DNA of 64,000 nucleotides from Candidatus Bathyarchaeota archaeon (lineage in GTDB: Archaea; Thermoproteota; Bathyarchaeia; Bathyarchaeales; Bathycorpusculaceae). The translations under genes were made by a program, and so were the position numbers. This document shows, piece by piece, positions 29,353-38,918 of this stretch. Below the pieces are notes generated by a model. The model did no database searches and had not been told where the DNA came from. It saw nothing but the letters and a program-made list of their open reading frames with translations. Position 1 is the first letter of the stretch, and the number at the start of each line of letters is the position of its first letter. The stretch lies in the NCBI GenBank assembly GCA_963833575.1, contig CAWHXY010000001.1, positions 1 through 64,000 of the forward strand. Reading direction: 5' to 3'.

Positions 29353-29838
29353 ATGAGTGACAGAATCGAAAAAGATCTAGCAAACTGGTTTGTTGGTGCA
29401 ACGAAGGTCGTTCTAGCTGGCATTGGCAACCCAATCCGCACCGATGACTACGTTGGATTACACATCGTTGAACAATTGAGGGGCAAGTTGCCCGAAAACG
29501 TTTGCTTGCTGGAAGCTGAGACGGTTCCAGAAAGCTACCTGTTAGATATAGAAATGTTTCATCCATCGCATGTCCTCTTGATTGATGCTGCTTTCTTGGG
29601 TTTGAAGCCCGGTGAAGCCAACCTTGTTGATCCTGTGAATATTGAAGATTATTCTGCCGTAACAACTCATTTGTTACCATTGCGGATTTTCTGCGACTAC
29701 ATTAAACAGGCAACAGGTGCAAAAATTGCTTCTCTTCTGATCGAACCCAAAAGCATGGAGTTTGGTGAAGGCTTAACCGTGGAAGTTCAAACTGCTGCTG
29801 AGCGGTTAATAAAAACATTGGCTAATTTGCTTGGCTAG
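29353..29838 (+). CDS. hycI: Hydrogenase maturation endopeptidase (HycI-type)
   Basis: GIGNPIRTDDYVG, PES, IDAA, TTHLLPL. Confidence 0.88.
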   Translation: MSDRIEKDLANWFVGATKVVLAGIGNPIRTDDYVGLHIVEQLRGKLPENVCLLEAETVPESYLLDIEMFHPSHVLLIDAAFLGLKPGEANLVDPVNIEDYSAVTTHLLPLRIFCDYIKQATGAKIASLLIEPKSMEFGEGLTVEVQTAAERLIKTLANLLG

Positions 29839-30305
29839 CCTTGTTTTCTTTTAAAAACATAGTTAGTTGTAAGCACTTCCTTGCCTAGTGACAAGCTGAC
29901 TTCTTTGAGTTCAATTTGGTCTTTTGTTACCCATTTTGCAGTTATCTTTTCTTCTAATTCTTGATCCTCGAAGGTTCCTCGCCAGTATACTTCAAGGGTA
30001 TTTTCATTGACCCAGTTGCCAACGTGATCATGAGCTTCGCCTTCTGAATTGATTCCGAAAAGATGCACTTTGCCAGTTGCTCGGTCGAAACTCCAAAGAT
30101 CGTTCTCATAATAATCTTCGTAACCTTCAATATGCGTGTCAATTTCTGAGTTTATCCCTATATCTGCTACTTCAACAGCGCTCATTTCGCCACACCCGGA
30201 AACTATTCTGTCCGCACTAGTCTTCAGGGCTATGCCTACTGTCCATTCTCCAATTAACTGCTTGAGTAACTCTAACTCTTTAGCCTGTTTCGTCTCTTGT
30301 ATCAT
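29835..30305 (-). CDS. Hypothetical protein, predicted beta-barrel (DUF1579-like)
   Basis: ELELLKQLIGEW start, beta-rich; likely start at MIQET. Confidence 0.55.
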   Translation of the reverse strand: MIQETKQAKELELLKQLIGEWTVGIALKTSADRIVSGCGEMSAVEVADIGINSEIDTHIEGYEDYYENDLWSFDRATGKVHLFGINSEGEAHDHVGNWVNENTLEVYWRGTFEDQELEEKITAKWVTKDQIELKEVSLSLGKEVLTTNYVFKRKQG

Positions 30306-30441
30306 AAAACCAACCCAATAAACTAAACCATAAAAAAACTTACATTTCAGTAATAAATAAATGTGATTGATATGGTGCAACAATCTTTACAGTTTAGTTA
30401 ATTAGCTTGTTTTTAGTTAGATTTTATCTGTGAAACGGGGT

Positions 30442-30921
30442 ATGTCTGGAAAAGCAGTCATTCTTATGGGGTCTGAGCGGGATTTGGATTTTTCCCGAGA
30501 AATAGCAAAATACCTAAAGCTTTTAGGCGTAAATTATGAGTTTCGAGTTGCTTCTGCCCATAAAAATCCGGAGAACGTTCTTGCAATAATAAAAGAATTC
30601 GAAGGAGAAAAAGTAGTTTTCATAACTGTTGCAGGTCGCTCAAATGCACTCAGCGCTTTTGTTGACGGAAACTCATCTAAACCAGTTATTGCATGCCCAC
30701 CATACTCCGATACATTCAATGGAATCGATATTTTCTCTTCGCTCCGAGTACCAAGCGGCATAGGATCCGTTGTAACAATTGAGCCTGAAGGCGCAGCAAT
30801 TGCGACGGCGAAGATTTTCGCTCTAGACGACCTCGCAGTAGCGGAAACCATTAAAAATTATCAAGCTTCAAAGAAAAAAGAGCTTGAAAACGCAAACGAA
30901 TCAATAAAGAAACTAAAATAA
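30442..30921 (+). CDS. purE: AIR carboxylase PurE (class II-like)
   Basis: ILMGSERD, VASAHK, VAGRSNAL, PVIACPP, SSLRVPSG. Confidence 0.92.
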   Translation: MSGKAVILMGSERDLDFSREIAKYLKLLGVNYEFRVASAHKNPENVLAIIKEFEGEKVVFITVAGRSNALSAFVDGNSSKPVIACPPYSDTFNGIDIFSSLRVPSGIGSVVTIEPEGAAIATAKIFALDDLAVAETIKNYQASKKKELENANESIKKLK

Positions 30922-31052
30922 CAATTAACTTCTATTTTTCCAATAATTATGAAATCATTCTTTCAGTTCTAGAAAGAGCAGAAGGTCAGACTAAAGCGAT
31001 ATAAGTTAAATAGAATAATTCTGCTACAACTAAATATAACCTGGGATAATAA

Positions 31053-32105
31053 ATGGGCAGCGTAAAAGATCTTGAAGTGATAAAACAACCAAGCCACGAG
31101 GTTATGGGTATCGGGAGATTTCACTTTTCAGACCGCTATAGCGTTTTTGATTGGGGTGAAATGCCCGAAAATATTGGCGCCAAGGGAGCAGCCCTGTGCC
31201 TTATGGGCGCTTATTGTTTTGAACAGTTAGAGAAAAAAGGCGTCAAAACTCACTATCAAGGTTTAGTAGGTGCAAACGGTAGAGCGGTCAAAACCAAAGA
31301 GTTAAGCCAGCCCACAAGCGTCATGGAAGTTAGTTTGGTTAATGTTTACAAGCCCAAAACAAGCGTAGTGAACAGTAAGATTGTCCACGATTACAGCATT
31401 TACAAGCCAGATCTAAAGAACTGCTTAATTCCTTTGGAAATTATCTATAGAAATGGTTTACCCGAAGGGTCATCAGTCTTTAAACGTCTCGAACAGGGGA
31501 AAATAACTTTTATGGATTTAGGCCTTGATCACTACCCCCACCCAGGTGAGCAACTTGCCAAACCCATATTTGACGTTAGTACAAAACTTGAGGAAACCGA
31601 CCGATATGTTACGTGGCAAGAAGCACAGAAAATCGCTGGATTAACCGACCAGGAGCTCGATGAAATTAAAGTAGTTCTACTTAAAGCAGATGAGACCATA
31701 AACGAAATGGCTTCAAGAGCTGGGCTCAAAAATGAAGATGGAAAAATCGAGTTAGCTTTTGATGACAACAGGAAACTTGTGATAGTTGATGTCGTCGGTA
31801 CCCTTGATGAATGCAGGTTCACTTACAATGGCATACATGTTAGCAAAGAAATTGCAAGACAATTCTACAAAAAAACAAGATGGTATGCAGATTTGGAACA
31901 AGCGAAAAAAGAGGGCGAAGCTAAAGGCATTCAAGACTGGAAATCACTCTGCAAGTCGCAACCGCCCAAATTAGACCCGAAGCTTAAGACAATCATCAGT
32001 GAAATGTATATGGCGGCTGCAAATGAGTTGACCGGTCACAAATTATTTAATGCACCGTTGCTTGCAGATGTGATTGCCAATTACAAGGATTATATGAAGG
32101 AATGA
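31053..32105 (+). CDS. purC: SAICAR synthetase (long archaeal form)
   Basis: MGSVKD, FSDRYSVFDWG, STKLE, DGKIE, DECR. Confidence 0.92.
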   Translation: MGSVKDLEVIKQPSHEVMGIGRFHFSDRYSVFDWGEMPENIGAKGAALCLMGAYCFEQLEKKGVKTHYQGLVGANGRAVKTKELSQPTSVMEVSLVNVYKPKTSVVNSKIVHDYSIYKPDLKNCLIPLEIIYRNGLPEGSSVFKRLEQGKITFMDLGLDHYPHPGEQLAKPIFDVSTKLEETDRYVTWQEAQKIAGLTDQELDEIKVVLLKADETINEMASRAGLKNEDGKIELAFDDNRKLVIVDVVGTLDECRFTYNGIHVSKEIARQFYKKTRWYADLEQAKKEGEAKGIQDWKSLCKSQPPKLDPKLKTIISEMYMAAANELTGHKLFNAPLLADVIANYKDYMKE

Positions 32106-33202
32106 TTATGATAGACGACATTAAGCAAATAATAAAGAAATACAACTCCAAAGAAATTCGAATAGGGGTTTTAGGTTCCCACTCAGCACTTGAGATTGCT
32201 TCGGGCGCAAAACAAGAAGGCTTAGAAACCGTAGTTGTTTGCCAGAAAGGCCGAGATAAAACTTACACCAAATATTACAAGAACGTTTTTGACCACTTTC
32301 TTATGCTCGATAAATTCTCGAACATAACAAGCGAGGCGAACGTGAAGAAACTGGTTGATTTGAACACGATTTTTGTTCCTAACCGCTCATTTTCAGTATA
32401 TGCTGGTTACGAAGCGATAGAAAACCATTTTGCAGTGCCTTTAATGGGCAACCGCTCAATGCTTCGTACCGAGGAACGCAACACGCCTAGAAACCAACTT
32501 TACCTTCTTCAGAAAGCTGGTATAGCAACGCCGAAAACTTTCAAGGTGCCCAGTGAAATAGACCGCTTATCCATAGTTAAAGTTCCAGAAAAGGAACGTG
32601 CTATTGAAAGAGCCTTTTTCTACCCGTCAAATCCCGTTGAATTTGACAAGATGGCCAGCGACCGTATAGCCAAGGGCATAATTACACAGGAAGCACTCGA
32701 TCATGCAGTGATAGAAGAGTATGTTATTGGCGCCAAATTCAATGCTAACTTGTTTTGGTCACCCTTAACCGATGAAATCGACCTCTTAGGGTTTGATAGA
32801 CGTATTCAAACTGATCTTGATGGCATCTTAGACTTGCCCGCTCAGGAACAGTTGGATGTAAATATTCCCACTCAAAACATCGAAATCGGTCATATGGGCG
32901 CCACTATGCGTGAGAGCCAAATAGAAAAGATTTTTGACGCAGCGGAAAAATTCGTTAAAACTTGCAAAAAAGAGTATCCGCCGGGAATGCTTGGTTTGTT
33001 CGCGTTGCAGGGCGCAGTAACAAAAGATTTAGAGTTCTACGTTTTCGATGTTAGTCCTCGTGTTCCAGGCTGCCCATGTGTTGAGCCCACTTCGCCTTAC
33101 ATGAAGTACAAGTACGGAATGGAAGTTGGTCCAGGACGGCGGGTAGCTATGGAAATTAAACGTGCAGTTAAAGAGGGCAGGCTTGCGGAAGTAGTAACAT
33201 GA
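32102..33202 (+). CDS. purP: PurP-like ATP-grasp protein lacking the GGRG P-loop
   Basis: LGSHSALEI, GAKQEG, PNRSF; ERAFF in place of GGRGYF. Confidence 0.85.
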   Translation: MIMIDDIKQIIKKYNSKEIRIGVLGSHSALEIASGAKQEGLETVVVCQKGRDKTYTKYYKNVFDHFLMLDKFSNITSEANVKKLVDLNTIFVPNRSFSVYAGYEAIENHFAVPLMGNRSMLRTEERNTPRNQLYLLQKAGIATPKTFKVPSEIDRLSIVKVPEKERAIERAFFYPSNPVEFDKMASDRIAKGIITQEALDHAVIEEYVIGAKFNANLFWSPLTDEIDLLGFDRRIQTDLDGILDLPAQEQLDVNIPTQNIEIGHMGATMRESQIEKIFDAAEKFVKTCKKEYPPGMLGLFALQGAVTKDLEFYVFDVSPRVPGCPCVEPTSPYMKYKYGMEVGPGRRVAMEIKRAVKEGRLAEVVT

Positions 33203-34284
33203 TAACCAGCCAAGACATCGGCAAAATAGTTGAGAAATACGACCAGAAAAAAATAGCTATTGGAACATTAGGCTCCCACAGTTCCCTAAATATTTTCAAG
33301 GGCGCCAAAGAAGAAGGCTTCCGAACAGTATGCATTTGCAAAGAAAAAGACGCCATTATGTACAAAAAATACCCGCTAGTTGACGAGTTAATAATAGTTA
33401 ACGACTTCAGTGAACTCCTAAACGAGCCAATGCAGGAAAAATTGCGCAAATTAGATGTTGTTTTGATTCCGCATGGCTCATTCACCGCTTACCTGAGTAC
33501 TGAAGAGTTAACTGACAGGCTTTTGGTGCCGATGTTTGGAAACCGTCAGCTGCTCCTTTGGGAAGCAAATCGCAAATCCCAGGAAGACTGGCTAAGACAG
33601 GCAGGGCTGCGTTTACCCGCAACTTTCAAAACCCCCGAAGACATAGACCGCTTAGTTATCGCCAAACTACCAGGAGCCAAAGGCGGCAGAGGCTACTTTT
33701 TAGCCAACTCACCCAAAGCTTTCAACAAGAAGTTTGGCGAATTAGTCAAACGTGGCTTATTAAAAGAGGAGGACCTGCCTCAGATTCACTTGCAGGAGTA
33801 CGCTTTGGGTGTGAATGTTTACCCAAGCTACTTCAGTTCAATAATAAATGACGATGTAGAGTTGCTGGCTATGGATAGGCGCTACGAATCAGCCGTGGAC
33901 TCCATCGGCAAAATCCCCGCAGCTGAACAACTGCAAATAGAGGTTAACCCCACATATACGGTAGTTGGCAATTTTCCAATTGTACTCCGTGAATCCTTGT
34001 TGCCTGAAATGATGCGCATGGGTGACAGCGTACACAAGAAAGCCAAAGAATTGGCGCCTCCTGGAATCATTGGGCCTTTCTGCCTTGAAACCGTGATAAC
34101 TGATGACTTGAAAATCTTTACCTTCGAGATTTCCGCGCGTATTGTTGCTGGAACCAACGTTGGAATTGGCACTTCACCTTATGCTTACTTGAAGTATGGC
34201 GAAAACATGTACATGGGCAGAAGAATAGCTGTGGAAATCAAAGAGGCTGCAAAACAGAAAAGGCTACATGACATTTTAGCCTAA
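33199..34284 (+). CDS. purP: FAICAR synthetase PurP
   Basis: GSHSSL, PHGSF, GAKGGRGYF, FEISARIVAGTN, MGRRIA. Confidence 0.92.
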   Translation: MITSQDIGKIVEKYDQKKIAIGTLGSHSSLNIFKGAKEEGFRTVCICKEKDAIMYKKYPLVDELIIVNDFSELLNEPMQEKLRKLDVVLIPHGSFTAYLSTEELTDRLLVPMFGNRQLLLWEANRKSQEDWLRQAGLRLPATFKTPEDIDRLVIAKLPGAKGGRGYFLANSPKAFNKKFGELVKRGLLKEEDLPQIHLQEYALGVNVYPSYFSSIINDDVELLAMDRRYESAVDSIGKIPAAEQLQIEVNPTYTVVGNFPIVLRESLLPEMMRMGDSVHKKAKELAPPGIIGPFCLETVITDDLKIFTFEISARIVAGTNVGIGTSPYAYLKYGENMYMGRRIAVEIKEAAKQKRLHDILA

Positions 34285-34290
34285 ACTGTG

Positions 34291-35058
34291 CTAAGCGAGA
34301 CAGAACTCAAGTAAGCCCTCAAAGTTTTCTCGGGTTCTATTTTTCTTGTAAACCTTTAACACGTCAATCAAATCCAATCTATTCTTTTCTCCAAAAATTT
34401 CTGTCAAAATCTTTGCTGCTGAGCTGTTGCCTGCAAAAAGATACTGGCAAACCGCTGTAACATTAGCAACTCTTCGCCCTACGCTGGAGGTTTCAAAATC
34501 AACAATAAATACCCTATTTAATTTGTCCACTAACAAATGTTTAGGCGCTTTGCTAAGTTCACCATGATCCAAACCTGAATGATCCAGCCTGAAACACTGC
34601 TCCAAAACCTCCGACAAAACTCGCTTCACTTCCGCTTTTTCTTTGTTTGTTTTTAACCAATTGGGAAGCAAGTCCCCATCAATAAGCTGCATTAGGAGAA
34701 AGTTTTTGCTTGCCGTTGCAAGTTTCGGAGCCACACCAACAGCGTTTGCTCTGGCCAACATGGCTGCTTCATGAAGCAGGTCAGCTCGGTCTGCGTCTGA
34801 ACGTCGAATTTTGACAGCCAATCTTTGTCCGTTAAGGTATCCAACGATTACGATGCCAACGAAACCCTTGCCCAAAACGGGAACTGCAACGCCAAATACG
34901 CTGGCTGAACCCGAAAACTCAAGAGCCGTGACGCCGAGGCTTCGGAGTTCCTGGAGACGGCTTTGCAGTTCGCCTTCGGTGGGGTTTGGAAAGCACAGGA
35001 CAGATGAGTACGGTTCTTGCGTCAGTTGATCAACTGGGATGATTAAAGGCTCTTTCAT
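34291..35058 (-). CDS. Archaeal atypical Ser/Thr protein kinase (RIO-like)
   Basis: LGKGFVG, AVKIRR, HGELS, IVDFE. Confidence 0.85.
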   Translation of the reverse strand: MKEPLIIPVDQLTQEPYSSVLCFPNPTEGELQSRLQELRSLGVTALEFSGSASVFGVAVPVLGKGFVGIVIVGYLNGQRLAVKIRRSDADRADLLHEAAMLARANAVGVAPKLATASKNFLLMQLIDGDLLPNWLKTNKEKAEVKRVLSEVLEQCFRLDHSGLDHGELSKAPKHLLVDKLNRVFIVDFETSSVGRRVANVTAVCQYLFAGNSSAAKILTEIFGEKNRLDLIDVLKVYKKNRTRENFEGLLEFCLA

Positions 35059-35203
35059 TGACGGCTCGCTCTTGGGTTCTTGACTATATCCTCATCGGTC
35101 TATTAATCTAATATTGGAAACATCAAAAGAATCTGCTTTTACCCATCATTCCTATTTCTTTTGTGCGAATGCACTATAAGCAGCGAAACATGTACGCTTA
35201 GAA

Positions 35204-35401
35204 ATGGAACCTAATCAACAGAGAAGTCGAATCAAATCGGGCAGCCGAGTAAAAATCGTCTTGAAGCAGCACCAGCAAAGCGGCATCTTAACTGACGGTA
35301 TTGTCAAAGAAATTCTTACTAACAGCTCAACTCACCCCCACGGAATCAAGGTGCGACTCACTGACGGCAAAGTAGGTCGAGTGCAAACAATAATAAAATA
35401 A
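35204..35401 (+). CDS. YwbE (DUF2196) family protein
   Basis: IVLKQHQ..G..EILTNS..HPHGIKVRL..GRVQ. Confidence 0.88.
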   Translation: MEPNQQRSRIKSGSRVKIVLKQHQQSGILTDGIVKEILTNSSTHPHGIKVRLTDGKVGRVQTIIK

Positions 35402-35419
35402 TCTATTTTTTGTGTAGCT

Positions 35420-35599
35420 TCAACTAATATATTCTTTCTGTTTGTATTTAGTTTCTATTTCGTTGAGTGTTAAAGCTGCTTCAAATATGATTGCATCAAT
35501 CGTATCAAATTCTTGTTTTACTGCAACTTTTATTTGACTCAAAGTCAATTCCCCAAATAAGAAAACAATTTGCCTGCGGGGCTTATTAAAACATAACAT
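35420..35599 (-). CDS. Possible small protein (at most 59 aa) not in the ORF track
   Basis: Open frame ..LSQIKVAVKQEFDTIDAIIFEAALTLNEIETKYKQKEYIS*; GGGGA precedes an internal TTG. Confidence 0.35.
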   Translation of the reverse strand: MLCFNKPRRQIVFLFGELTLSQIKVAVKQEFDTIDAIIFEAALTLNEIETKYKQKEYIS

Positions 35600-35765
35600 G
35601 CTGGAATATCGCAGACTATATTGTTCTACTCTAAGACTCTCAAAATTGTTAATATTTGTTTGTGGTTTACTCCATACAACAACAAATGAGTCAGCATCTG
35701 AGATTTTTCGGTTATAAATTTTAATAAGGTGACGGTATTATTGGAATTCTGTTTGTGTACTGACT

Positions 35766-37877
35766 ATGCCGAGATTCAAACAAATGGCGCAAATCCAAGA
35801 GCTTATGACTAGAAAGGAGGTTATCCGAAACATCGGCATAATCGCTCATATTGACCATGGCAAAACCACGCTTGCGGATTCCCTATTGGCTGGGGTAGGT
35901 TTGCTTTCTACAGCAATGGCTGGTCAAGCGAGAGTGCTTGATTATCTTGAGGAAGAACAAAAACGAAAAATCACCATAAAAACAGCCAACATAACTTTGC
36001 TTTACAAAACTCCAAACAAATCATATATAATTAATCTTGTCGACACTCCAGGACATGTGGATTTCACGGGCAAAGTAACCCGGGCCTTACGTGTTATTGA
36101 CGGTGCCGTTGTAGTTGTGGATGCTGTCGAAGAGATTATGGCTCAAACCGAAATTGTTACGCGCCAAGCCCTTAATGAACGTGTAAGACCTGTCCTATTC
36201 ATAAACAAAGTTGATCGACTCATCACTGAATTACACCTAAACGAGGATCAAATCAAAAAGAAATTAGACCACATAATCAGCAGCTTCAACGACCTCATAG
36301 AACTTTATGGCCAAGAACCTTTCAAAAACCAGTGGAAAATTGACAGTTCTTCGGGGAACGTTGCTTTTGGAGCGGCTCTCCATGGCTGGGGCTTTACGAT
36401 GAATATGGCAAAGGAAAAAAGCTTAAAGTTTTCAGACATAATCTACGCTTATCAAAAAGGGGAAGGAACAAAACTTTCAAAAACACTACCTGTTTACGAA
36501 GCAATTTTTGAAATGATAATCAAGAAGGTTCCAAACCCAAGAGAAGCCCAATTATACAGAATAGAGGCGATTTGGGATGGACATGTTAACTCGCCGATTG
36601 GCAAGGCATTGACTGAATGCAACGATGAAGGACCAGGGGTTTTTTGCGTAACCAATGTTTTTCCTGATTCAAACGGAGGCACCGTTGCCACAGGAAGATT
36701 GTTTTCGGGAACAGTTCAGAAGGATGATAGATTCCATCTTGTAGATGCTTTAGCTGAAACAGTTGTTAACCAAGTCGATGTTGACATGGGTTCCCTCAAA
36801 GAAGAAGTGATATCTGCCTCCGCTGGTAATCTCTTTTCTTTATCTTTGACTGGCGAAGTTAAAGCTGGCGAAACTCTCGTCGACATGGCGCATAAAGCTG
36901 AAATGGTTCCATTTGAAGGCATATGCTACGTTTCCGAGCCTATTGTAACTTTGGCGATTGAACCAAAAAAACCCCAAGATATTCCCGTTTTGCTTGAAGG
37001 ATTGGATAAGCTTGCAAGTGAAGATCCAAACCTAAACGTTAAGCTGGATAAGGAAACGGGCGAGTACCTGCTTAGCGGTATGGGCGAATTGCATTTAGAA
37101 GTCGCTCTTAACCAGCTAAAAGCTTTGTGCGGAAATTTGCAGGTAGGTGTTTCGTCACCAAGAGTTGTATACATGGAAACTGTCGAGAATCAAGGTAATG
37201 TGGCTTTGGCAAAGAGTCCAAATAAGCAAAATAGTTTCTGGGTACAGATTTCTTCTGACGGAAAAGAAATGGCGGAATTAGCTAATATTCTTTCAGTTGA
37301 TGAACATCGGAACGTGCTTTTAGATTGCAGCGGCAAGACAGAGCAGATTTCTGAGGAAGTTTTAGAAGCTATTATTGGCGGGTTCGAGTTTGCTTGTAAA
37401 GCTGGACCGTTGTGCGGTGAACCCGTGCGGCATTTGAAGGTTGACTTAGTTAATTTTCAGCTAGGCAAGAAATTTGATTCCACAGAGGTCATGCGTGGTG
37501 TAGGAAAAGCAGTTTTTGGTTCATTCTTATCTGCTCAGCCAATCCTGATGGAACCTATTTATAAAATAATAATCACTGTCGCGTCCGAATTAACAGGTGA
37601 ATCTTCAAGAATAATTACAAGCAGACGCGGTAAGGTGACTTTGTATGAGCAAAAAGGGCAGTTATCCGTTATCAGTGGTTACGTGCCTGTATCCGAAACC
37701 TTTGGCTTCTCAAAAGAGCTACGGTCTGCAACTTCCGGCAAAGCTTTTTGGCAATCATTTTTTGATCACTGGGAAAAGATGCCTCCAAAATTAAACTTGC
37801 AGGTAATAACTGATTTGCGTCAGCGCAAAGGTCTATCGATAGATGTGCCTAAACCAGAAATGTTCATGGAGCAATAG
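35766..37877 (+). CDS. Elongation factor 2 paralogue (aEF-2p-like translational GTPase)
   Basis: AHIDHGKT, DTPGHVDF, NKVD, GMGELHLE, LRSATSG; no HRG diphthamide loop after GPLCGEP. Confidence 0.88.
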   Translation: MPRFKQMAQIQELMTRKEVIRNIGIIAHIDHGKTTLADSLLAGVGLLSTAMAGQARVLDYLEEEQKRKITIKTANITLLYKTPNKSYIINLVDTPGHVDFTGKVTRALRVIDGAVVVVDAVEEIMAQTEIVTRQALNERVRPVLFINKVDRLITELHLNEDQIKKKLDHIISSFNDLIELYGQEPFKNQWKIDSSSGNVAFGAALHGWGFTMNMAKEKSLKFSDIIYAYQKGEGTKLSKTLPVYEAIFEMIIKKVPNPREAQLYRIEAIWDGHVNSPIGKALTECNDEGPGVFCVTNVFPDSNGGTVATGRLFSGTVQKDDRFHLVDALAETVVNQVDVDMGSLKEEVISASAGNLFSLSLTGEVKAGETLVDMAHKAEMVPFEGICYVSEPIVTLAIEPKKPQDIPVLLEGLDKLASEDPNLNVKLDKETGEYLLSGMGELHLEVALNQLKALCGNLQVGVSSPRVVYMETVENQGNVALAKSPNKQNSFWVQISSDGKEMAELANILSVDEHRNVLLDCSGKTEQISEEVLEAIIGGFEFACKAGPLCGEPVRHLKVDLVNFQLGKKFDSTEVMRGVGKAVFGSFLSAQPILMEPIYKIIITVASELTGESSRIITSRRGKVTLYEQKGQLSVISGYVPVSETFGFSKELRSATSGKAFWQSFFDHWEKMPPKLNLQVITDLRQRKGLSIDVPKPEMFMEQ

Positions 37878-37878
37878 C

Positions 37879-38739
37879 ATGCGTCTGGGCGTCCCGTTTG
37901 ATTTGGATTTTTCGCTTTGCTGTGGACAAGTTTTTAGATGGAAGAAGATCGGCGGTTGGTGGTATGGTGTTGTGGGCGATAAGATGTTTAAGATTCGTCA
38001 ATGTAGCGTTGAGCTAGAGTTTGTTGGCGTCGACGAAAATTTTGTTAGGCATTATTTTGGTTTAGATGATGATTTAGAGCAAATCAAACGCTGCATCAGC
38101 AAAGACGATTACATTAAACAAGCTTTGTGTCGATTCGAGGGTTTGCGAATTGTTCGCCAGATTCCTTGGGAGTGCCTCATCAGCTTTATCTGTGCAACAT
38201 ACAAGAGTATTGCAGCTATAGAGTTGATGCTTCACAAGCTTTCAGCGAAGTTTGGTGAGAAACGAGTTTTTGATGGTTTGGAGTTTAACACTTTCCCTCC
38301 TACCCAGAAGCTGGCAAGTGCAAGTGAGAGTGAGCTGCAGGAATGCGGTTTAGGCTATAGAGCTAAGTATGTTCAGGCAACCGCAAAAAAAATCCTCGAA
38401 GAAAATATTGATCTCGAAAACCTGAAAAACTTACCTTATCTTGAAGCAAGAAAAGCGCTTATTGAGTTTCCAGGAGTCGGTTTGAAGGTAGCCGATTGTG
38501 TACTGATTTTTTCTCTTGAAAAAATGGAAGCTTTTCCAGTTGATGTTTGGGTAAAACGAATAGTCCTGAACCATTATGCGAACCAGCTTCCAGAACCATT
38601 CGTGAAAAAACTGTCCAGTCATAATTCCCTCACAAACGGAGAATATGAAAAAGTTAATGCTTTTGGTCGGAGCTACTTTGGACATTTTGCTGGTTATGCT
38701 CAAGAATACCTATTTCACTGGGAAAGAACACAGCGTTGA
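37879..38739 (+). CDS. 8-oxoguanine DNA glycosylase (OGG1 family)
   Basis: CGQVFRW, WECLISFICA, GLGYRAKY, HhH-GPD PGVGLKVADC..FPVDVW, AGYAQEYLF. Confidence 0.9.
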   Translation: MRLGVPFDLDFSLCCGQVFRWKKIGGWWYGVVGDKMFKIRQCSVELEFVGVDENFVRHYFGLDDDLEQIKRCISKDDYIKQALCRFEGLRIVRQIPWECLISFICATYKSIAAIELMLHKLSAKFGEKRVFDGLEFNTFPPTQKLASASESELQECGLGYRAKYVQATAKKILEENIDLENLKNLPYLEARKALIEFPGVGLKVADCVLIFSLEKMEAFPVDVWVKRIVLNHYANQLPEPFVKKLSSHNSLTNGEYEKVNAFGRSYFGHFAGYAQEYLFHWERTQR

Positions 38740-38815
38740 TGCTTTGGCTTGTTTAGTGGATATGCGGAAAATGTTTAAATCTGCTATGAAATAGCAATAT
38801 TAGGAACAGTGCAAA

Positions 38816-38894
<79 letters not shown>

Positions 38895-38918
38895 CTCAAC
38901 TTTAAAGAGCTAACGCGA

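Noticed and set aside
35766-37877. Call as canonical fusA
   Set aside because: Lacks the diphthamide His loop and is not in a ribosomal protein operon
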